The notes under the pieces are model-generated. The model was not told where the DNA came from. It did no database searches and saw only the letters and a program-made list of their open reading frames with translations. From Octopus sinensis (lineage: Eukaryota): a stretch of 64,000 bases of DNA. Of this stretch, positions 1-14,007 are shown one piece after another. Position 1 is the stretch's first letter, and each line of letters opens with the position of its first letter. The position numbers were made by a program, and so were the translations under genes. The stretch is taken from the NCBI RefSeq assembly GCF_006345805.1, contig NC_043009.1, forward strand, positions 45,632,001 through 45,696,000, given 5' to 3'.

Positions 1-138
1 TATATACATATGTATATCTATTTACATGTATAATACATACATACATGCATATATGTGTACATGCGTGTATATTTTTGATGTTTGTGACTGTATGTATGTA
101 TGTTTATATATATATATATATTATATATATATATATGC

Positions 139-171
<33 letters not shown>

Positions 172-1085
172 ATATATACATATATACATACATATATATA
201 TACATATATACATACATATATATATATACATACACACACAAAATGTGTTTTTTTTCTATTTAAGAGAAAAATTTGCTCAACTGTATAATTATATTATACG
301 TAAGTATTTTGACAGATATTGAAATACTATTACTATTCTCTTCATTGCAAACTTCCGTATGGCTAAGTTCATATTTATGGATGATATTCTGAATTTGACA
401 AACAATCAGGCCAACAATGTTTGGCCAGTGAATGGAAGAATCGTTAGAGCATTCGACAAAGTACTTTATGCTCTTTTGTTACATTCTTTTAGGTTTTTAA
501 TTCGAAATCCGCCCATGACGAATTTGTTTTTCATCATTTCGAAAGCGATAAAATAAGTATCTATTGAATATTAGAGTCGATACTATTGACTATAATTTTC
601 ATAACTATGCCCAAGCGTATTCGCAATGCAATGGCTTAAGTCTATTGAGTGAATACTAATGTGTATGCGTTACTTTAGGTAGATTGCTAATTAGAATATA
701 CCCTGGCATCATCTACTTTTGTTGTTAAACGAAACTGAATACATCTTCTGATAGAATGTAGATTTTCTTACATTATTTGAGTCGCACACAAGACGGTAAT
801 TTGTACCTTGTACACAAGACAAGTTTTCCTCAAGGTTACATGAACTAGTAGCGGAGAAGTGAAATATTGTTGATACAGGCAGGTTCAGGAAAACATTACG
901 GATATAAAGCTAGTATGATAGGGTGTTAGGTTCTGACACGCTATTACATTAGGTGAATGTCTGTATCTGCAAGTGTATGAGTGTGTGTGTGTGTCTGTAT
1001 AAGAGGGAGAGAGAGAGGGAGAATGAAAGAAAGAGAGGGAGATTTGTTTATACGTAGTTCATTTCAGGGAAGGTGTATATATATA

Positions 1086-1123
<38 letters not shown>

Positions 1124-1398
1124 TTGTATATAAATTGAAAGAATGAGCTAAAACACACAAGGCTGTAAATAGTTTTCTTTATATATGTTCTGAAAAGTAT
1201 TTACAGCCTTAGATTTTTTCATCTCATTCTGTTAATTTTTATATATATATGCATGCTAATACATGGCCCACGTTAGACTCCTCACTCGTATCATTATCGA
1301 ACCTGGAGCTTAACCATAGTCTATCCATAGCACTTAGGGTTACCGGGCATCTTTTGGGCCATCTTAGGCACTAATACCTCACATACCCTCGATATATA

Positions 1399-1438
<40 letters not shown>

Positions 1439-1546
1439 ATTAAAACCAGTGCTCTAGCATATTAAAAAAAGAATCCGAAGATTAAATATTTATATATACC
1501 AATTAAGGACTGAACCCGATATATATATATATATATTATATATATA

Positions 1547-1598
<52 letters not shown>

Positions 1599-2146
1599 AT
1601 ATACATACATGGATACATATCAGAGGCTTCTTTCTTTTTCCATCTAACAAATACACTCACAAGGACTTTATTGGACCGAGGATATAGAAGACACTGAGAA
1701 ATTTGCTTTGCTACGTAGTAGGACTAAACCCGGAATCAAATAGTTGGGAATCAAGCTTCTCATCAGAGAAAAATCATCCAACCAGTTTGGTTGTAAATTT
1801 TATATTTATTTGTGTAAATAGTCAGAATCCCATTAATCTGAAGCGAGCATCCGGAGAATCAGGCGTGTTTATCTTCACAATTACGAAAATTTATGTAATG
1901 TTATTGAGAGGCAAAATTTTCCATACAAACACGCACACACCATACACTCATGTATATATGTGATGTAGGTGTGTGTATCCATGTAATAGTACTTTTATAG
2001 AATTGGGAAATGGGCAGTATATTGAAATCCAATACAGTATTACAAAAAGCAAAGTTTTACATATAAATGCGTATATACACACACACACACATACAGAAAG
2101 ACACAGACAGACAGACACACGCACACATTTATGTATGTATGCATGT

Positions 2147-2183
<37 letters not shown>

Positions 2184-2271
2184 CTCATCTATATAGGAAT
2201 ACATATATATAGATGAATATATAATGGATGTTATTTGTATGCGTGCATATATGTTTGACTGTGTGCATATG

Positions 2272-2334
<63 letters not shown>

Positions 2335-2629
2335 TGATGAATTTATTTTTCTCTAGTTGCAGACAGAAATGTTTTAAAATAAATCATCGTTTGAAATATT
2401 GATTTCTGACTCAGAAGCATATAACTTCAACCATGAAGAGATTGAAAGAAATGTATGTTGATACCAATATCATTTATCAGATAATTATATGGCTATCGCC
2501 TGCAACAAATCTGGAGTCTCAATGAAATTCCTCTCCAATAGTTTACGTTGTGTTTCCTGTAGTTTTATGTTCTTGTAACTATTGTTTTCTGTTTCTGTAT
2601 CAGTATTGATGTTGTTGTCACTATTATTA

Positions 2630-2691
<62 letters not shown>

Positions 2692-2692
2692 T

Positions 2693-2905
2693 AAGGCGGC
2701 GCGCTGGCAGAATCGCTAGCACACCGGGAGAGATGCTTAGTGGTGTATCGTTTGTCGCTATGTTCGATGTTCAAATTCCACTGATGTCGACTATACCGTT
2801 CATTATTTCGGGGTCTATAAATTAAGTACCAGTAAAACACTTGGGTCGATGAAATCGACTAGTCCCCTCCCTCCAAATTTCAGGCCTTGTGCCTATAGTA
2901 GAAAG
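2693..2905 (+). mobile_element. tRNA-derived SINE family A (monomer)
   Basis: AAGGCGGCG.GCTGGCAGAATCG head, GTTCAAATTCC B-box-like motif, GTCGA-rich core, GCCTTGTGCCTATAGTAGAAAG tail. Follows (ATT)n. Confidence 0.85.
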
Positions 2906-4222
2906 GGTTTTTATTAGTCACTGCTGCCCTATTCATTCGTGTATTCAGTTGGTTCAACGACACACTTCATTTTTTAGTTTTGTTTCCAAACTGTTAGCGT
3001 TAGCTGAATTATTTGATTACTTGGTATCGAAGCAACATAACTATTGTTTTCGTATTTATAAGTTCAACTTTTCCACACGCTAATACATACAAATCAAACA
3101 TGCTGCTTCAACGCACAGTCACTCTTCAGGGAGAGAAACCGACCAGAAGAAATTATTTCTATACCGACAAAGAAAATGAATGCAAAAACCAAGTGAAATG
3201 GGAATTGAGTCTAACTTTTGAGTATGAACTACGCTTTTATTAAATGTTTTAGGGCTTATTTAGTCGCGAGAAGACATAGAAATACTCTTGGCCTTCCCAT
3301 ATCCTGGACCTGTGGGATATCAGGAAAGTGACAGCTGCTTAAACGAGTGTAGTAGCAGTTGATAAGAGCAATGTGAAAGGACTGCTTTGCTCAAGGATAA
3401 AATATCTGTTCAGGAATCCATTCCCTAACCTTGTGATCGTGAACTACAACGTATTGGCCACGAGTCTACAGAAATAATCATACGAATATTTATACTGTAG
3501 ATAATGAAAACAATGATTACATTTCAGCAAAAAGTTGCCAACAACAACGATAACATCAACCGCATTCACACGCATAAATCATTGAAAATATAATAACATA
3601 CACCATCGTTCAGAAGTATTCTTTTCATCGACGATGTCTAAACAAGAACCATTTCATGGAGGGGTAGATGTGAAATTTTCAAATAGTTCTGTCTGTAGCT
3701 ATTCCTAAAATAATTCTCTAAAAGTACTTTTACACGTAATTACTAAATACTAGAATGGTACCAAAACGAATATCTGGGGGCGGTGGGGTGATTGGAGTAC
3801 GCACTTCAGAAGAAAGAGGAAAGGAGATTAAGTTCTTCGAAAGACTAACCAGCGTCTGATTGATCCAATAACCAAGTATTCAGCTGGCCTTCTTTGGATA
3901 TGCAATTGAATGCACAAGAATCAGGGATTAACTATAAGAAACATTTTTAACACGCTAAATACACACATAGACTCTCACCCAGATACATCTGCATCACGAG
4001 GCGAATATGAGGAGGAGTCCCCGAAGATTGTGCTTTTAGACTAGTCACAGTGTACACCCTTAGTAAGGCGGGGTAACCACGTTTAGAAGTTTTCCTTGAG
4101 ATGTCTCGCTCTTTAATGCTAATGGGCGATTCGAACTCTATCTTGGATGCCCGCTTGGATAGGGTGGGGTTAGCCGGTAAGGTGGGGTTAACCGTAAACG
4201 CTCAGGTTAAAGGTTTGATCTT

Positions 4223-4815
4223 GATGAGTCCCCCAAACATTTCCCAAAGTTGCATCAGCGAAAGATTATGGTGATTGTCTGGTGGTCTGCAATTGTTGTC
4301 TATTGCAGCTTTCTGGAATCCAATCATATCATTACATCAGAGGTTTACTGCAATCATCTCGCTGAAATGCATGCTGACTTGCCAAAAATGAGACCCGCAT
4401 TGGTGAATCGGCGTGACCCAATTCTGGTCCACGATAAATCAAAACCATATGTTGTAAGAATAACGTTACAGAAACTCACAGACTTAGGATACAAGACTGT
4501 ACCACATCCTCCATATTCTCCTGATCTTTCACCCAGTGACAACCATTTTTTAAAGCATTTAAACAAGTTTTTAAGGAATAAAACTTTCAGACTCAAACCA
4601 GAGGTGGAATCAGCTTTCAAACATTTCTTGACATCAAATCCAATAAGTTTTTATCGACGAGGTATATAAAATCTCGTTGATCGATGGCAGAGAAGCCTAG
4701 GTGTTCACAGCTCATACTTTGATTAATCAAATCATTTCTGTTGTTAATTTTTCCAGAATAAAATTATTCTGGAAATTATTTCTGAAATCGGCCATTATTT
4801 TTGGAACAGCCAAAG
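4223..4815 (+). mobile_element. Mariner (Hsmar1/SETMAR-like) 3' half, degenerate transposase with right TIR
   Basis: DESPKHFPKLHQRKIMVIVWWS...HD-34 aa-D with YSPDLSPSD (D34D, counted). AATCGGCCATTATTTTTGGAACAGCCAAA at ~4785-4813 resembles a mariner right TIR. Confidence 0.9.
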
Positions 4816-4860
4816 ATCTAGGCGGCATGTGGGGCTCTTCGGCCAAGCTGCACAGTTTTC

Positions 4861-5232
4861 TTTTCTACTGTAGGCACAAGGCCTGAAATTTGAGGGGAGG
4901 AGGCCAGCCGATTAGATCGACCGCAGTGCGCAACTGGTACTTAATTTATCGAGCCCGAAAGGATGAAAGGCAAAGACGACCTCGGCGGACAAAATACCTA
5001 TTTTTTTACTACCCACAAGGGGCTAAACACAGAGAGGACAAACAAAGACAGACACACGGATTAAGTCGATTATATCGACCCCCAGTGCGTAACTAGTACT
5101 TATTTAATCGAGCCCGAAAGGATGAAAGGCAAAGTCGACCTCGGCGGAATTTGAACTCAGAACGTAACGGCAGACGAAATACCGCTAAGCCTTTCGCCCG
5201 GTTTGCTAACGTTTCTGCCAGCTCACTGCCTT
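4861..5232 (-). mobile_element. SINE family A, dimeric form
   Basis: Reverse complement of head + core + linker (TTAGCCCCTTGTGGGTAGTAAA) + second core + tail. Confidence 0.9.
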
Positions 5233-5259
5233 CAAGGATACACAGTTTTGCGAAATGCC

Positions 5260-5655
5260 TATGACAGTCGAAGTCATATGAGACGTGATGACACGCTACA
5301 CACAGGAGAAGCCTCCGGGCTGCATCATCTATTCTTCGACCTTGTTCGATGATGTATTCTTTGATGTCTCTCACAACTGGCAGTAGAACGGCAGAATTCC
5401 CAATGCTGTGAGCCGTGGGATGGTAGTGCTGCCGAAAAAGAATCCGACCAAGGGGGATGAAACAGATTATTTTAGACCCTTCTCTACTGAACACATATTA
5501 CAAGATAAGGCATAAGACGTGAGGCTGGTGCATGTCCTCGACAAACTGGTCAGTGACGTGCAGACATGTGCTATCCCAAACAGATCTAGCCATGGCAAAG
5601 TTCACGCGCTATATCATAGAGAGAGTAAGGAACCTGGCATGACTGGGACCCTGAG
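5260..5655 (+). mobile_element. Tx1/L1-clade LINE reverse transcriptase N-terminal fragment, degenerate
   Basis: Translation W.NGRIPNAVSRGMVVLPKKNPTKGDETDYFRPF...RLVHVLDKLVSDVQTCAIPNRSSHGKVH matches the L1/Tx1 pattern G.I.LL.K.GD...N.RPI.L.N...K......RL.......QT..I..RS. Contains stops. Confidence 0.65.
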
Positions 5656-5659
5656 AAAT

Positions 5660-5822
<163 letters not shown>

Positions 5823-5825
5823 ATT

Positions 5826-6685
5826 GAGGCAGCGAGCAGGTAGAATCGTTTGTGCGTCAAACAAATTGTTTAGTGTAATACATTCACTTCTTTGTTTTCT
5901 GAGTTCAAATTTCTCCGAAGTCACCTTTATCTTTCACCCTTTCGGGATTGATAAAATAACACAAGGGTCAATTTAATCAACATAGTCTGACCCCACGAAA
6001 TTTTTGACCTTGTGCAAAAATTTGAAATCAATATTATTCAAATACTGCAAATGTCAGCTGTGCTAATTAATGCCATTACTATTCAGGGTCAATAAAATAA
6101 AGTACCAGTGAATTGCTGAGGTGATGATTAAATCGACTGATCCCCCCCCCACTTAAACTTGCTTGCCTTGTGCCGAAATTTGAAACCAATATTATTATCT
6201 GCATTACAGTCGGCTAGCTCGTCGGACAAAATGCTTAGTGGCATTTCGTCTATCATTGCGTTCTAAGTTCAAATGCTGCCAACGTCGACTTTGACAAGGC
6301 GTCAAGCTTGGGGAATCTTTAGCAGGCTGGACGAAATGCTTGACAGTATTTCGCCCGTCGCTACGCTCTGAGTTCAAATTCAGCCGAGGTCGACTTTGCT
6401 TTTCATCCTTTCGGGGTCGATTAAATAAGTACCAGGTACGCACTGGAGTCGATATAATCGACTTAATCCGTTTCTCTGTCCTTGTTTGTCCCTTCTGTGT
6501 GTAGCCCCTTGTGGGCAGTAAAGAAATAGGTATTTCGCCCGTCCTTACGCTCTGAATTCAATTTCCGCCGAGGTCGACTTTGCCATTCATCCCTTCGGGG
6601 GTCGATAAAATAAATACCAGTTGAACACTGGGGTCGATGTAATCGACAAATCCCGAGCTGCCCATGTGGCAAAAATTTGAAGTAA
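5826..6685 (+). mobile_element. Cluster of SINE family A copies (degenerate monomer, partials, one dimer at 6297-6685)
   Basis: Repeated heads and cores (GTTCAAAT, GTCGACTTTGC..TTCATCC..TCGGGGTCGAT) and tails (GCCTTGTG..AAATTTGAAA). Confidence 0.8.
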
Positions 6686-7354
6686 TTATCATCTCCATTT
6701 AATTTTTTTATTTGCAAATTATATTTTCAGTTAAAAAAACTATTTTACGATCAAGTCACTAAAACCATCAAACTTAGTACTTTCATTATTTAACATATAC
6801 ATTTGAAAGTAGCGTGTAACTTCAAGCATTGCGGTAGTAGCTGATATTTATTGTATGCTACTACTACTGTATTAGTATTACGTGCACTTTCTGTCGATTC
6901 TCTTCGTATTTACTAATGATTCACTGCTGCCTCTTACTGGCATTACTCTCTGCTACCGCTCATTGTACTACACTGCATTACTCTCTCCTTCACTGTTAGC
7001 TGCGCATTCTCCTACGACTGATGATACCTTTCTCTATCTGCTACTTAAATAAATAATGATAAATATTTACTTACGCGAAATTAACATTTTCCTACAAAAT
7101 AAACAGGAGCAGTCATTTGACTTTTTTTTTTTTTACCAGACGTCTGTATTTAGTAGGTGATAACAAGCTCTATTCACCCTTTTTTACCCAGCAGGTCTAC
7201 TTTCTATTCATGACTTCTAGGCGAATGTAGAGGACGTGTAGAATTAAGTGTTCCGCTTAGAAGCAGAAAATTATACTGGCAGTGGATTTGAACTCAGAAA
7301 CCGTAACTTGTCTCCTGGTTTATGTACTAATCGTTATCGTTTATCCTCTGCTGC

Positions 7355-7392
7355 TGTCTCTGCTGATGTTGCTACTGCTGCCGCTGCTGCTG

Positions 7393-7437
<45 letters not shown>

Positions 7438-7477
7438 TACTGCTGCTACTGCTGCTACTACTACTACTATTACTACT

Positions 7478-7516
<39 letters not shown>

Positions 7517-7530
7517 TCACGTGCAACTAC
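7355..7530. repeat. (CTG)/(CTA) compound trinucleotide repeat
   Basis: Direct inspection. Confidence 0.95.
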
Positions 7531-7589
7531 TATTGAGAAAGAAGCTCCTTAACTGCTACTATTGTTTCTATTAGCCATCACACTGCAAC

Positions 7590-7993
7590 GATGAGGTGAG
7601 CTGACAATTACTAGAGCATCAGATAAAACTGCTTTGCAGTATTTGTTCCGACGTTTTATGTTCTCGGTAGAAATCCCGCGGAAGTCAACTTTGTCTCTTA
7701 TTCTTTTGGGGTCGATAAAGTAACGTACCAGTCAAATAGAGGAGCCGATCGCATCGACTGATGCCCACACCTCAAATCAATGCACCCCTGATTAATGGTA
7801 TTGTACGTTACCTAGTTCTTTACTACCCACAAGGGTCTAAACACAGAGGGGACAAACAAGGATAGACAAATGGATTAAATCGATTAAATCGACCCTAGTG
7901 CGTAACTGGTACTTATTTAATCGACCCCGAAAGGATAAAAGGTAAAGTCGACCTCGGCGCAATTTGAACTCAGAACGTAACGGCAGACGAAAT
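7590..7993. mobile_element. Two convergent SINE family A copies (7590-7785 +, 7812-7993 -)
   Basis: A degenerate plus-strand core is followed by a well-conserved minus-strand core and linker. Confidence 0.75.
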
Positions 7994-8682
7994 ATGATAG
8001 TGTACGTTGCGTTGATAATTGCAAGTGTTGATTCCCCCTTATTGTATAATGTCTATGAGGAAAACACTGTCAGTAAGAATAAATAATCTGCGTCAAACAT
8101 GTCACGTTTGACTGCTATTAATTAAGAAATGTAGTACTGTAGCTTATAACCAACGCTAAAATTTAGTACCGCAATGTGGGCGCATAGTTTGCGAAAGGGT
8201 GATAAAAAGTAACGTGCGATCAGAAACCTTAAAGGCTACAAGGCCAGACAATTCTGTGGCCAAGTGCGAACACTGAGACATAGAGGATGAGATCGATGAT
8301 GCAAGACTAAAATGTTAGATGTTATACATGTCGTTACAAAAGAAAATTGATTAACGGGACTTCTCTTCTCTCAATGGTAATTACATATAAGGAAGTTGAA
8401 AGTATCTGGGGAGAGATACGTTACTGGACTATGAAACTATGCGCCGGCAGTTCGTACACTTGTGCAGAAGCTGAGGGTGACTATGATAAAGCCATGTAAC
8501 TCCGAATGTTCAATCTACTTAGTATTATATAAATACCAACGCAAACTATAAGTCATTCAGGAAATAACGAATGTTGCAGAAATTAGAACATATTTGTTTA
8601 CAGTAAGAATATGTGTGCGTGTGTCTGTGCCACTGAGCGTGTGTGCATCTATGTATATATTAATTTTGTATGCATATATATA

Positions 8683-8740
<58 letters not shown>

Positions 8741-9000
8741 CATATACATATACATACATGCACACACACACACATACACACGCACACACATATATGCAGG
8801 GTTGAGCAAAAGTCACCTGAGAGTAAATCAAAACCATTATATTCCAGCATTTATTTGTCTAACGACTGAATGATTTTAATAAAAGCATCTAAATATGAAT
8901 CATCATGAAAATTGTTCAAGCTGAAGTCCTTCTTCTGCGACACAGTTTTCAATACATACATATATATATATATGTATATACATATATATATATGTGTGTG

Positions 9001-9058
<58 letters not shown>

Positions 9059-9079
9059 ATGTATGTATATATATTCACT

Positions 9080-9290
9080 CAGCTGTAAAAATGAGTTGCG
9101 ACGTCACAGGTGCCAAGCTGTATCAGCTTTTGCTTTCCCCTTGGATTACACTGGTGGCGTGGAGAAGGGATGCCGGTATGCTTGGGCGACTGCTGGTCTT
9201 CCATAAAAACAACCTTCTCTGGACTTGTGCCAGGGAGGGTAACTTTCTAGGTGCAATCCCATGGTCAGTCATGACCAAAGGTGGTCTCAG
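9080..9290 (+). mobile_element. SINE-like interspersed repeat 3' segment
   Basis: GC-richer block between microsatellites (CTGTAAAAATGAGTTGCGACGTCAC...GGGTAACTTTCTAGGTGCAATCCCATGGTC). Recognised from recall only; single copy in the window. Confidence 0.45.
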
Positions 9291-9292
9291 AT

Positions 9293-9350
<58 letters not shown>

Positions 9351-9813
9351 ATTAATCTACGCATTTATTTCTGTATTCATTTGTTAAACTTTTACATGGC
9401 TTGCTAGCTGTCGATGGCTGTTCGCCTTTGAAAACATACATATTTCAAATGAAATTCATTCACTGATTTCAAAAATAAAAATATTACATTTCTAAATCTC
9501 TCAGAGAGATTTATACTGTAGTAACACGATAAGGAGATGTTATATTGCTATATAGGTTTTCAAAGGCGAATAGACATCGACAGCTAGCAAGCCATGCCAT
9601 TTCAGACTGATGATGAGCAATGACTCTGAAACTACTCTCTAGGTGCTGAATTAGCTGGGTGAACATAAGGACACAGAAAATGTGCCAAGGCCAACTGGAA
9701 TTGGTGTTTCCTAGGGCTAAATAGCAGTAGCATTCTTCCCTCTCATGGGACTGCCACATTAAATTGGCAACATACCATCACTTTATCTCTGAGAGATTTA
9801 GAAATGCAATATA

Positions 9814-9880
<67 letters not shown>

Positions 9881-9940
9881 TATAATATAATATATATATA
9901 TATATTATATATATATATACACACATATATATACATATAT

Positions 9941-10105
9941 CGTAGGAGTGACTGTGTGGTAAGTAGCTTGCTTACCAACCACATGGTTCCGGATTCAGTC
10001 CCACTGCGTGGCACCTCGGGCAAGTGTCTTCTACTATAGCTTCGGGCCGACCAAAGCCTTGCGAGTGGATTTGGTAGACGGAAACTGAAAGAAGCCCATC
10101 GCATA
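9941..10105 (+). mobile_element. tRNA-derived SINE family B, 5' half
   Basis: A-box-like TGTGTGGTAAG, B-box-like GATTCAGTCCC, then CCAAAGCCTTG.GAGTGGATTTGGTAGACGGAAACTGAAAGAAGCCC, ending in TA/TG repeats. Confidence 0.88.
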
Positions 10106-10132
10106 TTCATTTATATGTATATGTATATATAC

Positions 10133-10164
<32 letters not shown>

Positions 10165-11016
10165 TTGGTTATACATACATGTATGCATATACGTATGTTG
10201 GAACCTTTCTAACAACGATTTCTCATCGAAAAATATAGTGACATATAGTGACATATTTTTGTATGTTAAAAAATAGAGAGAAGTTTTCTAAATATAGCCT
10301 TAAAAATATAAAGCAATACCAATATCAGCTATATTTCATGTTACTATTGTTTTTGTTGTTGCACATTGTTTAACATGTGGTTAACCCTGGTAGAGTATAC
10401 CTGCGATCAACGCGCTTCTAGGTTTGACCACCGTCGCGTCTGAAAGAATTTATTTAAAATATATCTTCACTAATGTATCTATCTTTGTTAGACGAATATA
10501 ATCTTTGGTTTCCATTGCCAAAACGGCGAGGGAATAGGTACACGTTGTCGCTTGTGCTCACACTGTATTTCCTAGCTGCCTGCCATCAATTCAGAACAGC
10601 TGCTTCAGTAGAAAATATTTTAGAAAGTAATGTAGCTGTTTATGTAATTAACTTCCTTACTTGTTCATATTTTAACGGAATTTCAATAGTACGTGAGATA
10701 TTCTGTTTTCCTAATAGTCCTGCATTAAGTGTTCTTAATCACTCTTAATGTTTTGTACATTTGTTTCAGAGTTAAAATGATGTCGTCTGTATCAAAATAT
10801 ACTAGTAACTGATATTGTAGTGGGAACATTTTCAAGAACTTTTCTTGCGGTTTTCAGGAAGCAAATCTTTTCACCACATAGCCATGTTTGCCTCCGTGCA
10901 TTTTAGCAAAAGTTTTACAATATGTCACCAATGCATTTTAACAGCTAAATTTCAAATAAAGAAGATATGATTCAGCAGTAAATAAGATATCAAGCCCGCA
11001 AGTAATTTTATATATA

Positions 11017-11062
<46 letters not shown>

Positions 11063-12642
11063 TTTTTACGTTGATTTATAGTGAAAAATGTAACATACTC
11101 TTTACATATCTATTATACTTTTACAGTTTTACAGTCCGGTCTAAAATTACCAGCGCGAAACATCACCTTAGATATATATATATACGTTAATATGAATTTA
11201 CATATAATTATATATATATATGTATATGTGTATATATATATATATATATGGATGGATGTGCATGTGTCTGTCTTCATATGTTTCATCGTGTTACATCTTT
11301 CCTGTCTTTTAATCATGTCGTCTTACTTTGAAGAATTAGTATTATTTTGATTTATTCACGTATATTTGAACTATTATTGAAATTGTTTGCTTCGTTTTGC
11401 CTTGATTTGTGAGCAATATCTGTCTTGCTTCATCTTCCCTATCTTTGCATTTTACACTTCTATTTTTATGTCCCAGTTAAATTATCCAATTCCATTGATC
11501 TTTGCCTTTGAAAAGAAATCTCACTAACTTCGTTTGATACATTTTACTTTATTCCTGTCACTTGTCGTTCTTGAAATAAACTTTTTTCTTATTATAATAT
11601 AAATATTAGATGTTCACTTGAGATACACTCAATGCAACTAAACTAACAAGTACTATATCGTTTGACGTCGTAGTTTCATTTCATAGAGTTCGTCACAAAA
11701 ATAAAAATAATAATTAATTAATCTAATTAATAGTTTGTGAGAAAACGGAAAACGAAGAAATTGGTAATCTGCATCATTAAAAATCTTACTGAACAGTTCA
11801 TGAGGTTGAATCAGATTTGATATTAAGTGTTAGACCTTGATCATTAGTTTTGTAAAAGCAGTTAAAATGCTTTCTCTCTGTCTCTTTCTCTCTCCAATAT
11901 CTCTACTTAAAGTAGTTGTAAAACATCAGATTTTATTATCCAAACATCCTACAAACCGTTCCACACCTCAAAATTATGTAATAATTCATGTTTATATTTT
12001 CATTTTATTCACGCTTTACATAGACAAATATTTAAAGCGGCAACGATCTACATGCATCACGCAAATCTACTTCAGGAAACTCTGCTTTTCTTTAGCTTAA
12101 ATAACTCTTTTATTTCAAGTTGTGTGTCTCTGCCGATAATATCAATGCAGCCGAGTGGTCTCTGTCTTTTATTATGGCGCGGAAAACTCTAAAATATGAA
12201 ATCTGATATGGTTTCGTGGCCAGAAAAGCTATCCTGCGTTAAGTAATGATAATAGAGATGAGTTGAACCTATCTATAAATCGCCTGCGCAGACAGGCGCT
12301 CACGTCGTCAGACATTTTGTATCCTCATGAGAAACCTGGATAAAAGTGCATATAAGCTCCTTCGTAATCTCTACACAAGTCGTAAAGAACGTGTGGGCTT
12401 CTTGACTTCAAATACTTGAGCGCTAGGTATTTTGGAACTTGTTACAGACACTGCTCTAAAGAAGTCTTTGTTACTATCAGCGGCCTAGGACCCAGGGTAC
12501 TTGAAGTTGCTAACCTTACCGGAGCTAACTGGTTGGTGCTTTTTATTTTCGTTTATGGCCAGTCTTTCAGAGTTTTTTGCTTATAGAAGCAGAACGAGTC
12601 AATTTTCACACGCTGGTGATTATATAATATTTATTCAATAAT

Positions 12643-13040
12643 AAGGTTGTGAGCTGGCAGAATCGTTAGCACGCCGGGCGAAATGCTCAGCGGCATTTCG
12701 GCTGCCGTTACGTTCTGAGTTCAAATTCCGCCGAGGCCGACTTTGCCTTTCATTCTTTCGGGGTCGATAAATTAAGAATCAGTTACGCACTGGGATCGAT
12801 ATAATCGACTTAATTCGTCTGTCTGTCCTTGTTTGTCTCCTCTGTGTTTAGCCCATTGTGGGTAGTAAAGGAATTGGTATTTCGTCTGTCTTTACGTTCT
12901 GAGTTCAAATTCCGACGAGGTCGACTTTGCCTTTCATTCTTTCGTAGTTGATAAATTAAGCACCAGTTGCGTACTGGGGTCGATTTAATTGACTGGCCCC
13001 CCCCCCCAAAATTTTGGCCTTGTGCCTAGAGTAGAAAGGA
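12643..13040 (+). mobile_element. SINE family A, dimeric form
   Basis: Full head, two cores, linker, C-run and GCCTTGTGCCTAGAGTAGAAAG tail. Confidence 0.92.
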
Positions 13041-13054
13041 ATAATTTTTCAATA

Positions 13055-13268
13055 ATCCTTTCTACCAGGTCTGAATTTTTTTTTGGGGGGGGGGGGCATA
13101 GTCAATTACATCGACCCCAGTGCTTGACTCGTACATATATTATCGACTCGAAAATGATGAAAGTCAAAGTAGACCCCTTTCGAAATTTGAACTCAGAACG
13201 TAAAGACAGACGAAATACTGCTAAGCATTTTGCCCGCCCTGCTAACGATTCTGCTAGCTGGTCGCCTT
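13055..13268 (-). mobile_element. SINE family A monomer, inverted relative to its neighbour
   Basis: Reverse complement of head, core and G-run tail. Confidence 0.85.
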
Positions 13269-13691
13269 TATTCACATTTCATAATGAAAGCTGCTTCACA
13301 TCACTAAACACCAAACTGTAAGTTCGTGTTGCATTGACGGTCACATAATGCCGACTCTGGATTAAAACTGTTTTATCTCTCAAACAGACATTGCATTTCA
13401 TCCGTTTGACTTCGAAAGTATGAAAAGGGGTTAAGAAAATAAGTCACAGTAAAATACTGGGGTCCATGTAATCGACTCACGCCCTCCTACGAACTTGCTA
13501 CAATTGTGGCAAAAATTGAAACCATTATTATTATCATTATTAATATTATTATTGTTGTTGTTATTATAATTACTATTATTATTATTAAGTCGTTTATGAT
13601 TAGGTTGATTATGAATACACAAACACATTCAGATAAGCCTTTATATATATTCATAATCAATACGATTACTCAAATAAATCCAAAATATACA

Positions 13692-13726
<35 letters not shown>

Positions 13727-14007
13727 AGTAGAGAATTTCAGACAAGGTCTATAGAAAAACGCAGGGGAAAATGACACACAATGCCTGAACATGCCCATCG
13801 TTCATCAGTTATCAGAGAAAATGAAATCATCACAATTTTGCGCCATTATTGATAATATTTTCCATTTTGGCGGGATAAGTGAGCGGATGAAAAGGCCTGT
13901 ATTCCTGATGTTCACACACACACCCCTCGATGATGATGATGATGATGATGATGATGTTGATGATGATAAAAGAAGATATTCTTCTTATCATTATTATTAA
14001 GGCAGCT

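Noticed and set aside
265-299. Candidate 35-nt plus-strand exon (TTTAAG...|GTAAGT), [11 protein letters not shown]
   Set aside because: GTAAGT is expected many times by chance in AT-rich DNA, and the peptide is unrecognised. Similar weak candidates occur at 2357-2452, ~42460-42525 (+), ~7075 and ~25850 (-). Needs RNA-seq.
8797-8830. Tc1-like TIR starts (CAGGGTTGAGCAAAAGTCACC; also TTAGGGTGGCCC at 32661)
   Set aside because: No matching opposite TIR or transposase was found.
9941-10020. tRNA-like A/B boxes in SINE heads as tRNA genes
   Set aside because: No complete cloverleaf; they continue into SINE bodies. No rRNA, tRNA or CRISPR array is supported in the window.
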